Below are positions 25,261-35,169 of a stretch of 64,000 nt of DNA, piece after piece; position 1 is the stretch's first letter; each line of letters starts with the position of its first letter. The stretch spans positions 4,792-68,791 of the forward strand of contig JAHYJM010000003.1 of assembly GCA_019428945.1 (NCBI GenBank), read 5' to 3'. The DNA is from Bacillota bacterium (lineage in GTDB: Bacteria; Bacillota; Dethiobacteria; DTU022). Both the position numbers and the translations under genes were made by a program. Below the pieces are notes generated by a model. It searched no databases. It was not told the DNA's origin and saw nothing but the letters and a program-made list of their open reading frames with translations.

Positions 25261-25887
25261 ATGGGACGCCATACTGAAGCAGTTTGTCGTTTATGCCGCA
25301 GAGAAAATGATAAGCTTTATCTAAAAGGAGATCGTTGTTTTTCAGATAAATGTGGAGTAGTACGCCATGCCTACCCTCCCGGAGAACATGGCCAGGGTCG
25401 TCAGAAGTTTTCGGAATACGGCCAGCAGTTGCGCGAAAAGCAGAAAGCCCGTCGTATTTACGGTGTTATGGAAAGACAGTTTCGTCGTTACTTTAAAGAA
25501 GCCGATCGCCGTAAAGGGGTTACCGGTGAAATACTAATGCAGCTCCTGGAGAGCCGCCTTGACAATATAGTATTTCGCATGGGTCTTGGACGCTCGCGTG
25601 CAGAAGCAAGGCAGCTTATAAATCACGGCCATTTTCAGGTTAACGGACGTAAAGTTGATATCGCATCATTCCTGACCAGGGTTGGCGATGTTATAACAGT
25701 AAGAGAAAACAGTAAAAGTAAGCCGGTCTTCAAGCTTATTGCCGAAGACAGAGGACAGCAGGGAATCGTAGACTGGCTGGAAGTCGATCATGAAAAGCTT
25801 GAAGGGCGAGTCTTAAGGATTCCTCAGCGTGATGAGATCGATGTGCCTGTAACTGAGCACCTCATTGTCGAACTCTATTCCCGCTAA
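25261..25887 (+). CDS. rpsD: 30S ribosomal protein S4
   Basis: 208 aa; [23 protein letters not shown] zinc-ribbon-like N-terminus plus an S4 domain. Confidence 0.93.
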   Translation: MGRHTEAVCRLCRRENDKLYLKGDRCFSDKCGVVRHAYPPGEHGQGRQKFSEYGQQLREKQKARRIYGVMERQFRRYFKEADRRKGVTGEILMQLLESRLDNIVFRMGLGRSRAEARQLINHGHFQVNGRKVDIASFLTRVGDVITVRENSKSKPVFKLIAEDRGQQGIVDWLEVDHEKLEGRVLRIPQRDEIDVPVTEHLIVELYSR

Positions 25888-25937
25888 GTGAACAGTTAAC
25901 CCTCAATATATCAAGCGAGGAGGGTAAATCGAAAAAG

Positions 25938-26885
25938 ATGATTGAAATTGAAAAGCCGAAAATTGAATGTGTTGATAAGGATGAGCAGAATAATTATGGC
26001 CGTTATGTTGTGGAACCTCTGGAAAGAGGTTATGGAACAACTTTGGGTAATGCCCTGCGCAGAATCCTTCTGTCGTCATTGCCTGGCGCAGCAATAACCA
26101 ATGTTAAGTTTGACGGTGCACTGCACGAATTTTCAAACCTTCCCGGTGTTCTTGAGGATACAATTGAAATCAACCTCAACCTGAAGGCAGTTTCTCTGAA
26201 AATTTATAATGATGAGCCGCAGACCCTAATTATTGAAACTGATAAGCCAGGAGCTGTTAAAGCTAAGGATATCAAGGCTCCAGCTGATGTTGAAATTCTC
26301 AATGGAGATCATCACATCTGTACCCTTGAAGAAAATTCGCGGCTTTACATGGAGATGACCGCAATCAACGGCCGGGGTTATGTGCCGGCAGAGCGTAATA
26401 AAATGCAGCAGCAGCCGATTGGGGTAATCCCTGTAGACTCGATGTTTTCACCAATTCGTAAAGTGAACTACCAGGTTGAGAATACAAGAGTCGGCCAGAT
26501 AACCGACTACGACAAGCTCACACTTGAAGTGTGGACTGATGGAAGCATCAGGCCTGATGAAGCAATCAGCCTTTCGGCAAATATCTTAAATACTCATATA
26601 GCGCTATTTGTAAACCTGACTGAAACAACCGACAAGGTTGAAATCACTTCAGACAAGCCGGAAGAAGATCGTGAACGCATCCTTGATATGACAATCGAAG
26701 AACTCGATCTTTCAGTCCGTTCGTATAACTGTCTGAAACGTGCCGGTATAAACACAGTCGGAGAGCTTGTGCGCAAGACAGAAGAAGAAATGATGAAAGT
26801 ACGCAACCTGGGCAAAAAATCGCTGGAAGAAGTGGAACAAAAGCTGACAGAGCTTGGTTTTGGCTTCAACAAGAGCGGAGAGTAA
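25938..26885 (+). CDS. rpoA: DNA-directed RNA polymerase alpha subunit
   Basis: 315 aa with N-terminal dimerisation domain and C-terminal alpha-CTD ([24 protein letters not shown]). Confidence 0.94.
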   Translation: MIEIEKPKIECVDKDEQNNYGRYVVEPLERGYGTTLGNALRRILLSSLPGAAITNVKFDGALHEFSNLPGVLEDTIEINLNLKAVSLKIYNDEPQTLIIETDKPGAVKAKDIKAPADVEILNGDHHICTLEENSRLYMEMTAINGRGYVPAERNKMQQQPIGVIPVDSMFSPIRKVNYQVENTRVGQITDYDKLTLEVWTDGSIRPDEAISLSANILNTHIALFVNLTETTDKVEITSDKPEEDRERILDMTIEELDLSVRSYNCLKRAGINTVGELVRKTEEEMMKVRNLGKKSLEEVEQKLTELGFGFNKSGE

Positions 26886-26907
26886 GCCTTCAAGGAGGAA
26901 ATAAAGC

Positions 26908-27252
26908 ATGCCATACCAGAAGCTGAGTCGTAAAAGCGGCCCCAGGCGAGCTCTGTTGCGCGGCCTGGTTACATCTTTCTTAAAAGCGGGTCGCATAGAG
27001 ACCACCGAAGCTAAAGCAGCGGCAATGCGTCCGCTGGCTGAAAAAATGATTACCCTGGCAAAAAAGGGCGATCTACATGCCCGTCGTCAGGCTCTGGCCT
27101 TTTTAGTGGAAGAAGATGTGGTCACCACCCTTTTTGAAAAGATTGGTCCGAAGATGGAAGGCCGCGAAGGTGGTTATACCCGCACAGTGCCGATTGGACC
27201 TCGTCGCGGAGACGGCGCTCCCATGGTAATTTTAGAGATAGTTTCTGAATAA
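26908..27252 (+). CDS. rplQ: 50S ribosomal protein L17
   Basis: 114 aa; ...[24 protein letters not shown]... Confidence 0.92.
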   Translation: MPYQKLSRKSGPRRALLRGLVTSFLKAGRIETTEAKAAAMRPLAEKMITLAKKGDLHARRQALAFLVEEDVVTTLFEKIGPKMEGREGGYTRTVPIGPRRGDGAPMVILEIVSE

Positions 27253-27259
27253 GCTTGAA

Positions 27260-28120
27260 ATGGTTAAGAAACCTGAAATAATTATTGAGGCAAAAGCGCT
27301 TGAATTTAACTATCCGGGAGATTCCCTGAATAGATCTTCCGCAATTAACGGAATCGATATGACTGTGAACAGGGGTGAATACCTGGCCATAATCGGTCCT
27401 AACGGTTCCGGCAAAACTACATTACTTAAGTTATTCAATGCCCTGCTGGCCCCCTCTGGAGGAGAGGTGCTGGTTGAGGGCATTTCAACCGTTGATCACG
27501 AGAAGGTCCCCCTTATCCGCCGAAGCTGTGGGATGATATTCCAAAATCCCGACAATCAGCTTGTAGCGACCACAGTAGAAGAAGATATCGCTTTCGGGTT
27601 GGAAAACCTTGCTTTACCCTCTGCCGAAATCCGGCAGAGGGTCACAGAGGTGGCCCAACGGCTTCATCTTGACAAGCTGTTGTTGCATCCTCCGCATTTG
27701 CTTTCAGGTGGAGAAAAACAGCGTGTCGCCATAGCGGGGATATTAGCAATGCAGCCTCGCTGTATTCTTATGGATGAACCGACAGCCATGTTAGATCCTT
27801 CCGGCAGACGAGAAGTGTTGGATACTGTGAAGGCCTTAAACAGGGAAGAGGGAATCGCCATTATTCATGTTACCCATTTCCCCGAGGAAGCGGCACATGC
27901 AGATCGTGTTTTGGTCCTTAACCAGGGGGAAGTCGTGGAAGATGGTCCGGCAGAAATAATATTAACAGATCTTGAAATGCTTCATAGCTATAATTTACAG
28001 GGAACTGCAGTTGTAGAGCTGGCCGCGTTATTGCGGCAGGATGGTTTTAACCTGCCGACCAGAATACTTCATAACCGGGAGTTGGTTAACAGCCTGTGTC
28101 AATACGAACGGAAAAGCTGA
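27260..28120 (+). CDS. ecfA1: energy-coupling-factor transporter ATPase EcfA1
   Basis: 286 aa ABC ATPase: Walker A GPNGSGKTT, signature LSGGEKQRV, Walker B ILMDEPT. Canonical position after rplQ. Confidence 0.88.
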   Translation: MVKKPEIIIEAKALEFNYPGDSLNRSSAINGIDMTVNRGEYLAIIGPNGSGKTTLLKLFNALLAPSGGEVLVEGISTVDHEKVPLIRRSCGMIFQNPDNQLVATTVEEDIAFGLENLALPSAEIRQRVTEVAQRLHLDKLLLHPPHLLSGGEKQRVAIAGILAMQPRCILMDEPTAMLDPSGRREVLDTVKALNREEGIAIIHVTHFPEEAAHADRVLVLNQGEVVEDGPAEIILTDLEMLHSYNLQGTAVVELAALLRQDGFNLPTRILHNRELVNSLCQYERKS

Positions 28121-28953
28121 CCCATATTTATATGCCCGGAACACCTTTTGCTGCCGAAGCGCTTAATGAAGTAACTTTTGAGATAAAAAAGGGCCGGGTG
28201 GCTTTACTGATTGGTCCAAGTGGTTCGGGCAAATCCACCTTAATCCAGCACCTAAATGGTTTGCTTAAACCAACATCAGGGCAGGTTTATTTTGATGATC
28301 AATCAATTCAAAGCAGCAAGGCCGAACTTCTCAGACTGCGCAGAAAAATTGGACTGGTTTTTCAAATGCCCGAAGAACAGTTTTTTTCTGAAACTGTTTT
28401 TGATGAAGTGGCATTTGCTCCCCGAAATCTTGGCTTAACTGATGAGAGTTTAGCTGAAAGCGTATACAATGCATTGAACAGAGTTGGACTAAATGCTGAA
28501 GAGTTTAAAGACCGCCATCCATTTAACCTCAGTTCCGGACAGAAGCGCCTGGTTGCCATAGCTGCAGTTTTATCAATAAAACCTGAAGTTCTGATTCTTG
28601 ATGAGCCTACTGCAGGTTTGGATCCTGCAGGTCGCCAAAAACTCTTTAACCTGCTTGCAGACTTAAACAGCAATGAGGCTATCACTATCTTAATTTCAAC
28701 TCATCATTTTGATGAGGTGGTTACACTTGCCGACCAGGTAATGGTTCTGAAAGATGGTCGACTTGTTATGGATGGTCCCCGTGATCAGGTATTCAATAAT
28801 CGAGAAAAACTTGAATCACTTGGCCTGGCTTTGCCATCAGTTACAGAACTTATGCAGGACATTGCAGCGGCAGGTTTTCAGGTAAAGACAGGAATATATA
28901 ATCTCGAAGAAGCGCGCAGGGAAATTGGCAGGATGAAGGAGAGACAGTTTTAA
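28096..28953 (+). CDS. ecfA2: energy-coupling-factor transporter ATPase EcfA2
   Basis: 285 aa ABC ATPase: GPSGSGKST, LSSGQKRLV, LILDEPT. Overlaps the ecfA1 end. Confidence 0.88.
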   Translation: MSIRTEKLTHIYMPGTPFAAEALNEVTFEIKKGRVALLIGPSGSGKSTLIQHLNGLLKPTSGQVYFDDQSIQSSKAELLRLRRKIGLVFQMPEEQFFSETVFDEVAFAPRNLGLTDESLAESVYNALNRVGLNAEEFKDRHPFNLSSGQKRLVAIAAVLSIKPEVLILDEPTAGLDPAGRQKLFNLLADLNSNEAITILISTHHFDEVVTLADQVMVLKDGRLVMDGPRDQVFNNREKLESLGLALPSVTELMQDIAAAGFQVKTGIYNLEEARREIGRMKERQF

Positions 28954-29750
28954 TGAGCCGAAGTATTACACTGGGACAATATTTGCCCGGCAACAGTTAT
29001 GTTCACCGGCTAAACCCGCGTTTGAAAATACTGGCGTTACTTCTTCTGCTTGTGTTGCTTTTCAGTCTGAACAGTTTTGCCGGTCTGTTTTCATTGCTGG
29101 CAATGGCTCTGCTTCTTTTATTTTCAGCCCGGATCCCTTTTCGCTATTTTTTAAAAGGACTCAGGCCAATTCTATACATTGTGATATTTGCCCTTATCAT
29201 CTACCTGTTCTTCACCAAAGGTGGAGTGGTTCTGCTTCGTATCGGATCGTTTACAATCGAATCAGAAGGAGTTAGGGAAGGTTTTTTTGTTATAACGCGG
29301 CTGATCACACTGATTATATTTTCACTGCTGGTTACATTGACGACGACCCCGTTGTCTCTAACCCATGGTATGAGCTTTTTTATGAAGCCGCTTAGTAAAA
29401 TCGGGTTGCCGACTGATGAAGTAGCAATGATTATGGCCATTGCGCTCCGTTTTATACCGACTCTTATGGAAGAAAGCCAGCGCCTGATGCGAGCCCAGGT
29501 TTCGAGAGGCGCTGATTTTGAAACAGGTTCAATTTTTCGCCGGGCTCAAAACCTTGTACCTTTAATAGTGCCCCTATTTGTCAGTGCATTCAGAAGGGCT
29601 GATGATCTTGCCCTGGCCATGGAGGCACGTGGCTATCGGCTTGGCGCCAAACGTACCCGCTTGCATGTAGATAAGGTATTACCTGCCGACTTGGGGACTC
29701 TTATTTTCGTCATAATTTTAATCGCTGCTGCATTTTACTTTAAGTTATAA
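28953..29750 (+). CDS. ecfT: energy-coupling-factor transporter transmembrane subunit EcfT
   Basis: 265 aa polytopic membrane protein (CbiQ family) immediately after ecfA2. Confidence 0.85.
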   Translation: MSRSITLGQYLPGNSYVHRLNPRLKILALLLLLVLLFSLNSFAGLFSLLAMALLLLFSARIPFRYFLKGLRPILYIVIFALIIYLFFTKGGVVLLRIGSFTIESEGVREGFFVITRLITLIIFSLLVTLTTTPLSLTHGMSFFMKPLSKIGLPTDEVAMIMAIALRFIPTLMEESQRLMRAQVSRGADFETGSIFRRAQNLVPLIVPLFVSAFRRADDLALAMEARGYRLGAKRTRLHVDKVLPADLGTLIFVIILIAAAFYFKL

Positions 29751-29790
29751 CCTGAAACGACAAAAAAAGCAAAGCGATCGGGAGAAGCAC

Positions 29791-30552
29791 ATGCCGAATA
29801 TTCTAATTACAATCAGCTATGATGGTACCAATTACAGCGGATTTCAGATACAGGCCAACGCTCCAACGATTCAGGAGGAGATCGAGAGAGCCCTGGCGGT
29901 AATCTATAAAGAACCTGTACGGGTAGCAAGCGCGGGACGCACAGATACCGGAGTGCATGCACGGGGGCAGGCAGCAAGCTTTAAGCCGCCTTTTTACATA
30001 GAGCCGCATAAATTACCCCATGCAATAAATTCGCTGCTTCCAGCCGATGTAGTTGTCATCTACGCCTGTGAAGTGGCTGAAAATTTTCATGCGCGATTTG
30101 ATGCCAGGCGCAAGACCTACAGTTACAGTATAGATTGCGCTCCTTTTCCACAGGTGCTGCAAAGGTTGTATCGCTGGCATATACCTGAAGTATTAGATCT
30201 TGAGAAAATGCAGGTAGCGGCAGATATATTTGTGGGTACTCATGATTTCAAATCATTCCATGCAGCAGGTAGTAATGTTTCCGAGACTACAAGAACTATA
30301 TACAGGATTGAAATAAAAGAAACCTTTCCTCAGCAGCTAATTCTAACCTATACCGGCAGTGGTTTCTTATACCGGATGGTGCGCTTGATTACAGGGACCC
30401 TTGTCAGGGTCGGAAGAGGCGTTATTACTCCTGCCGACGCCCTGGCAGCTCTCGAAGGTATTAATCCCCTGGGTGTCGGTCCAACTGCTCCGGCACAGGG
30501 GTTGTGCCTGGAAGAGGTAACATACGATTTATTTGCTAAAAACAAGGATTAG
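29791..30552 (+). CDS. truA: tRNA pseudouridine(38-40) synthase
   Basis: 253 aa; ISYDGTNYSGFQIQ...GRTDTGVHARGQ catalytic Asp motif. Confidence 0.9.
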   Translation: MPNILITISYDGTNYSGFQIQANAPTIQEEIERALAVIYKEPVRVASAGRTDTGVHARGQAASFKPPFYIEPHKLPHAINSLLPADVVVIYACEVAENFHARFDARRKTYSYSIDCAPFPQVLQRLYRWHIPEVLDLEKMQVAADIFVGTHDFKSFHAAGSNVSETTRTIYRIEIKETFPQQLILTYTGSGFLYRMVRLITGTLVRVGRGVITPADALAALEGINPLGVGPTAPAQGLCLEEVTYDLFAKNKD

Positions 30553-30566
30553 AAACATAGATTAGC

Positions 30567-30595
30567 TTGACAGGGCAGCCCTGGTATATTAGAAT
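30567..30595 (+). promoter_or_regulatory. sigma-A type promoter for rplM-rpsI (TTGACA, 17-nt spacer, TAGAAT)
   Basis: TTGACA at 30567-30572, 17-nt spacer, TAGAAT at 30590-30595, upstream of rplM. Confidence 0.4.
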
Positions 30596-30638
30596 GTAGG
30601 TTGTGGCTTTATGGAAGAGTTTAAAGGAGAGGGTAGAA

Positions 30639-31082
30639 ATGCGCACTACTTACATGGCTAAACCTCAGGATATAAAACGTAGCTGGTACATAATAGATGC
30701 CGCCAATCGCCCACTGGGCAGAGTAGCAACTGAAGCAGCGCGTTTATTAAGAGGAAAGCACAAACCAGAATTCACTCCGCATATTGATACCGGTGATCAT
30801 GTTATTATTCTTAATGCTGAAAAGGTAGTTTTGACCGGGCGTAAGCTCGAACAAAAATTCTATTACAGGCATTCCGGATATCCCGGCGGGTTGAAGAAAA
30901 TTGATTATGCAACTTTGTTGGAAAAACAGCCGGAAAAAGCTTTGTACCTGGCCGTAAGGGGCATGCTTCCTCATAATCGTCTGGGGCGGGCAATGCTTAA
31001 AAAATTACGCGTTTACAGAAACAACCAGCACTCTCACCAGGCGCAGCAGCCGCAGCCCTGGGGAGTTGGGTCGGATGAATAA
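30639..31082 (+). CDS. rplM: 50S ribosomal protein L13
   Basis: [21 protein letters not shown]... The ATG at 30639 is preceded by AAAGGAGAGGG; the ORF-track start at 30603 is an over-extension. Confidence 0.9.
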   Translation: MRTTYMAKPQDIKRSWYIIDAANRPLGRVATEAARLLRGKHKPEFTPHIDTGDHVIILNAEKVVLTGRKLEQKFYYRHSGYPGGLKKIDYATLLEKQPEKALYLAVRGMLPHNRLGRAMLKKLRVYRNNQHSHQAQQPQPWGVGSDE

Positions 31083-31103
31083 GACGGAAGGAGGCCCTGG
31101 CTC

Positions 31104-31496
31104 TTGAGCGAAGTCCAATATATGGGTACCGGACGCCGTAAAGAATCGGTAGCAAGGGTAAGAATGTTACCGGGAAACGGCAGAATAATTATTAACGGAA
31201 AAGAGATGGACCAGTATTTCGGCCTCGAAACATTGAAGCTGATAGTCAGGCAGCCTTTAGTGGCCACCGAAACCGACGGGCGCTTCGATGTTATTGCCAA
31301 AGTCGAAGGAGGCGGTTTCTCCGGGCAGGCCGGTGCAATCAGGCACGGTATAGCTCGCGCACTGCTTCAGGCTGATGGCGAATACAGGCCGGTTCTTAAG
31401 AAGAACGGATATCTCACCCGTGATCCACGGATGAAGGAACGTAAAAAGTATGGTTTGAAGAAAGCCCGCCGCGCACCTCAGTTTTCTAAGCGCTAA
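31104..31496 (+). CDS. rpsI: 30S ribosomal protein S9
   Basis: 130 aa; TTG start after GGAAGGAGG; ...[19 protein letters not shown]...[17 protein letters not shown]. Confidence 0.92.
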   Translation: MSEVQYMGTGRRKESVARVRMLPGNGRIIINGKEMDQYFGLETLKLIVRQPLVATETDGRFDVIAKVEGGGFSGQAGAIRHGIARALLQADGEYRPVLKKNGYLTRDPRMKERKKYGLKKARRAPQFSKR

Positions 31497-31528
31497 ACTT
31501 TCTGCCTTCAACATTGCATATAATAAAA

Positions 31529-31580
31529 GAACCCGCTGCAGGATTTTATACAAACCAACAGCGGGTTTATTATTTCTTTA
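31529..31580 (+). terminator. bidirectional rho-independent terminator after rpsI
   Basis: AACCCGCTG...CAGCGGGTT stem followed by TATTATTTCTTT. On the other strand the same stem is followed by CTTTTATTAT, which serves the convergent acyltransferase pseudogene. Confidence 0.5.
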
Positions 31581-31596
31581 CAGACATAGTTTTAAT

Positions 31597-32186
31597 TTAG
31601 CCGGCGCATATAGCATTATCGTCAGTTTCATATATCTGAAGAATGAAATTATCAGGATATTTCGGAACGGGCTTACTATAGTATTCTTTAACTGTTATCA
31701 TATCTCTTTTAAAACAACCGGTTGGCATGAAAGCAGGTCCTATGTGAGCCAGTTTTTTGGAGTAATCGAGAGAGCTTAAAACAAGTGGTATCTTCGCTTT
31801 TAATGCGGCATAATAGAAACCGGTCTTCCACCGGTTTGTCAGTTTACGGGTTCCTTCCGGAGAAATCATAATATGCAGATCTTCGTTGTGTGATGTTATT
31901 AATTCGACTATAGCATCAACCATGGAATTACTTTTATTTCTGTCAACTCCAAGGGCGCCGTAATTATTAAAAATCTTACTCAGGAAAAATTGTCAAGCCA
32001 ATCTTTTTTCAGCAAGTATTTAACTGGGAGTTTGAGTGTATAAAACCCGGCCATGGCAAACAGAAAATCAAAGTTGCTCGTGTGGGGACCGGCAACAACA
32101 ATCGATTTCTTAATATGCTTTGGCATTGAACCTTCAACTTTCCATCCGTAAATCCGGAAAAGAAACAGGCTGAAATATTTAAGCAA
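31597..32186 (-). pseudogene. PlsC-family 1-acyl-sn-glycerol-3-phosphate acyltransferase, interrupted by a frameshift
   Basis: Two adjacent minus-strand ORFs in different frames: 31980..32186 carries HxxxxD (GPHTSNFD) and 31597..31923 carries PEGTR. Motif spacing fits one ~190-aa gene broken near 31924-31982. Confidence 0.6.
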
Positions 32187-32330
32187 TAGTTTTCCTCCTT
32201 AGAAAAACGCAGTTCTTAGAGTTAAACACTATTAATGTAAGAATTCAATAAAGCGAATATTTTTGGTGGATAGCTGTGATAATATTAGTAAAAGGATATT
32301 ACATAGAATGAGAAGAATGAAAGTTGAACA

Positions 32331-33224
32331 ATGCATTATCTAAAGGAGATGGGTTGCTTGTTGGAAGTAAAACCCGGGGTGTGGTTTATAGAAGGAGAAA
32401 ATGGTGGACGGTATCCTTACGCTCATTCTTTGTATTTGAGAGGTGCAGTAAACATTCTCATCGATACGGGAGCGGGGTCAAAGCTTGAAGCCTTGAAAGA
32501 AAAAACCGATAAGGTGCTGTTAACTCATTATCATCGCGATCACGTTACTCTTAACCCAATATTTAGTAAACCTTCTTTTGCCATTCACAAAAAGGATGCT
32601 CCGGGAGTAGAATCGATCGAAGGTTTTTATCAATTAAGCGGCCTTGATCAGGTTGATATAGAGGCATACTGGAAAATGGTCAGACAGTCCGGGTTTGTGA
32701 ACACCAAAATTACTAATTATCTGGAAGATGGCGATATGATTGAAAATGGCCGAATTACAATCAAAACACTTCACCTTCCGGGGCATACTGCCGGACACTG
32801 TGGATTTCTTATAGAAGAGTATGAACTTATTTTTAGTGCCGATATTGACTTAACCTCATTTGGACCGTGGTATGGCAATACGACCTCGGATCCTGATCAA
32901 TTCAGAGAGTCAATCAGGCGTTTGCGTTCATTAAACCCGAAAATGTTAATTACAGGTCATAGTAAACCTACTTCCAGGAAGATCTCTGAAAAGCTAACTG
33001 CATATGAAAGTGTTTTGGATCAACGTGATCAAAAAATTGTTGATGAACTTAAAATAAAGCCTTCCACAACAGCGCAGTTGGCTTTACGGAAGATTATATA
33101 TCGCAGGCACAACAGCCAGGATGCTCTTTTGTTCTTCGAGAAATCCATGATTGAAAAGCATATAAAAAGTTTGATTAACAGGGGAATATTAGAAGAGGCT
33201 GAAGGAAAGTATTATGTAAAGTAA
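32331..33224 (+). CDS. MBL-fold metallo-hydrolase
   Basis: HYHRDH (HxHxDH) and HLPGHTAGH motifs. A TTG at 32356, 9 nt after AAGGAG, is a plausible alternative start. Confidence 0.75.
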   Translation: MHYLKEMGCLLEVKPGVWFIEGENGGRYPYAHSLYLRGAVNILIDTGAGSKLEALKEKTDKVLLTHYHRDHVTLNPIFSKPSFAIHKKDAPGVESIEGFYQLSGLDQVDIEAYWKMVRQSGFVNTKITNYLEDGDMIENGRITIKTLHLPGHTAGHCGFLIEEYELIFSADIDLTSFGPWYGNTTSDPDQFRESIRRLRSLNPKMLITGHSKPTSRKISEKLTAYESVLDQRDQKIVDELKIKPSTTAQLALRKIIYRRHNSQDALLFFEKSMIEKHIKSLINRGILEEAEGKYYVK

Positions 33225-33383
33225 GAAGCAACCTTAACCGCTATTAAGGTTAGTTGTCAAACAGGAAAAACTAAATTATAATATGTTTAAGAGTTTATTT
33301 AGGAATGAGATCTGATTAAGGGCCGCCTGAAGTCGGTCCGGATTTTTATTTTGCTGGTAACTATGACAAAGAAGGTAACAACA

Positions 33384-34118
33384 ATGGAAGTTAAAAAATA
33401 TATTGATAGTAAATTAAACAAGGGCGCAGTGCATGTTACACTGATTGACCCTTCACGTCAGACTCCTGAAGCTGCCGGCAGACTGGCCGAGACTGCACAG
33501 GAAGTCGGAAGCGATCTGATCTTCGTCGGCGGTTCATCAGGGATAACACAGAGGACACTATCTGAAACTGCAGAAGCGGTTAAAGAGCGTGCTACTATCC
33601 CCGTACTCTTTTTCCCCACTGGCACTGATTCTATCTGTTTGAATCTTGATGCTTTTTTGTTTCTTAGCTTGCTGAATTCCCGTAATTCACAGTTTGTCAG
33701 CGGTACTCAGTCAAGAGTGTCATCGCTGCTGAAAAGGCTCGATGTTGAAGTGCTTTCGATCGGCTATGTTTTAATTGAGCCGGGAATGAAACTTGGGGAA
33801 ATTGGCGAAGCTGATCTGGTTGCCAGGGATAACTTCTGGCAGGCGATCGGGTTTGCCCTGACAGCAGAATTCATGGGCATGTCTTATGTATACCTGGAAG
33901 CTGGTAATGGCGCTGCCCAACCGGTTCCAGCCGGCATGATCAGGGCGGTTAAACGTGAAATTGATATTCCCCTGATAGTAGGCGGGGGGATCCGTACTGC
34001 TATCGATGCCCGCAGGGTTCGACAGGCCGGAGCAGACATTGTAGTAACTGGTACTGTAATCGAAACTGCCGGTTATCGTGAAAGGCTTCGTTCAATTTTA
34101 AGTGCATTGAAAGATTAA
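33384..34118 (+). CDS. PcrB/GGGPS-family prenyl-glycerol-phosphate synthase
   Basis: TIM-barrel family motifs (VHVTLIDPS, IFVGGSSG, PLIVGGGIR, DIVVTGTVIE). The ORF-track start at 33351 is probably over-extended; the ATG at 33384 gives the typical N-terminus. Confidence 0.6.
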   Translation: MEVKKYIDSKLNKGAVHVTLIDPSRQTPEAAGRLAETAQEVGSDLIFVGGSSGITQRTLSETAEAVKERATIPVLFFPTGTDSICLNLDAFLFLSLLNSRNSQFVSGTQSRVSSLLKRLDVEVLSIGYVLIEPGMKLGEIGEADLVARDNFWQAIGFALTAEFMGMSYVYLEAGNGAAQPVPAGMIRAVKREIDIPLIVGGGIRTAIDARRVRQAGADIVVTGTVIETAGYRERLRSILSALKD

Positions 34119-34227
34119 AAAGACAGGATAGAGAATTCAGGCGGGAGAAAATAGGGGAAGTCGCACAGTATCTTTATGATATAAAGTTCGTGAGTTTGAT
34201 TATTATTTGCAGGATTGGTTAAAAATA

Positions 34228-34249
34228 AGGCAGGCCTGATGGCCTGCCT
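34228..34249 (-). terminator. rho-independent terminator of the Moco operon
   Basis: AGGCAGGCC-tgat-GGCCTGCCT stem starting 3 nt after the MOSC-mogA stop, followed on the minus strand by TTATTTTTAA. Confidence 0.55.
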
Positions 34250-34251
34250 GA

Positions 34252-35169
34252 TCATTTCCTTGCGCATTCCCCGCCGCGTCCCGTTAATGTTTCAAGCGCG
34301 TGTTCAAGGACAGGATTGATAACTGCCAGGCATTCGGATACAGCTTTGGGGCTACCGGGCAGGTTAATGATCAATGTATTACCGGTGATGCCGGCCAACC
34401 CTCTTGATAACATTGCTTTTGCTGTGACTGCAGCCGTTTCTCTGCGTATTGCTTCCGGTATTCCCGGCACAAGGCGATCAATTACTTCGAGCGTAGCTTC
34501 CGGTGTGACATCGCGCGGGCTTAAACCAGTGCCGCCGGTGGTAAAAATTGCATCTATATCTTGACCGGCCATATCACGCATTGCATTGGCCAGAAGGTCT
34601 TTATCGTCGGGGACTATTATATTATCAATCACATCGCCAAAAGGAAGCAGCAGATCGGTAACTGCCGGACCGCTTAAATCTTCTCTCTCGCCGTGAGAGC
34701 CTTTATCGCTTGCCGTAATTACACCAAATTTATATGAGTGCCTGACACTAAGCCTGTCACCAACTTTAATATTGCCCCCGGTGAGCACCTCGGCGAATAT
34801 ACCTTCCTTAGGCATTACGCAATCGCCGGCCTGGTAGTATATAGCGCAGCGGTTATGGCACTCTTTTCCGATTTGGGTAACTCGTAATACAGGTTCACCG
34901 CCAATCTTAAGCCTGGTTCCGATTGGCAGGTTTACCAGGTCAATACCCCGGGTAGTCAGGTTTTCGGCAAAATCACCTGGTCCCACATCAAGCCCCACGG
35001 CGATCATTTTGGCAATACTTTCTTCTGCGAGAAGGCTGACCTGGCGGTGGGCAAATCCGGCATGAGCATCTTTTTTAAGCCCCTGCCCTTTAATCATCAC
35101 ACTTTCACCAATATTAGTTTTTCTCTGCCCTTTTTCCGGGCTGGTGCATACTGCAATAATTTCTGCCAT
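34252..35169 (-). CDS. MOSC domain fused to MogA/MoaB molybdopterin adenylyltransferase domain
   Basis: N-terminal ~145 aa look like a MOSC beta-barrel. The C-terminal domain carries MogA/MoaB motifs (TTGGTGLSPRD). The start overlaps the upstream stop as TAATG. Confidence 0.7.
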   Translation of the reverse strand: MAEIIAVCTSPEKGQRKTNIGESVMIKGQGLKKDAHAGFAHRQVSLLAEESIAKMIAVGLDVGPGDFAENLTTRGIDLVNLPIGTRLKIGGEPVLRVTQIGKECHNRCAIYYQAGDCVMPKEGIFAEVLTGGNIKVGDRLSVRHSYKFGVITASDKGSHGEREDLSGPAVTDLLLPFGDVIDNIIVPDDKDLLANAMRDMAGQDIDAIFTTGGTGLSPRDVTPEATLEVIDRLVPGIPEAIRRETAAVTAKAMLSRGLAGITGNTLIINLPGSPKAVSECLAVINPVLEHALETLTGRGGECARK

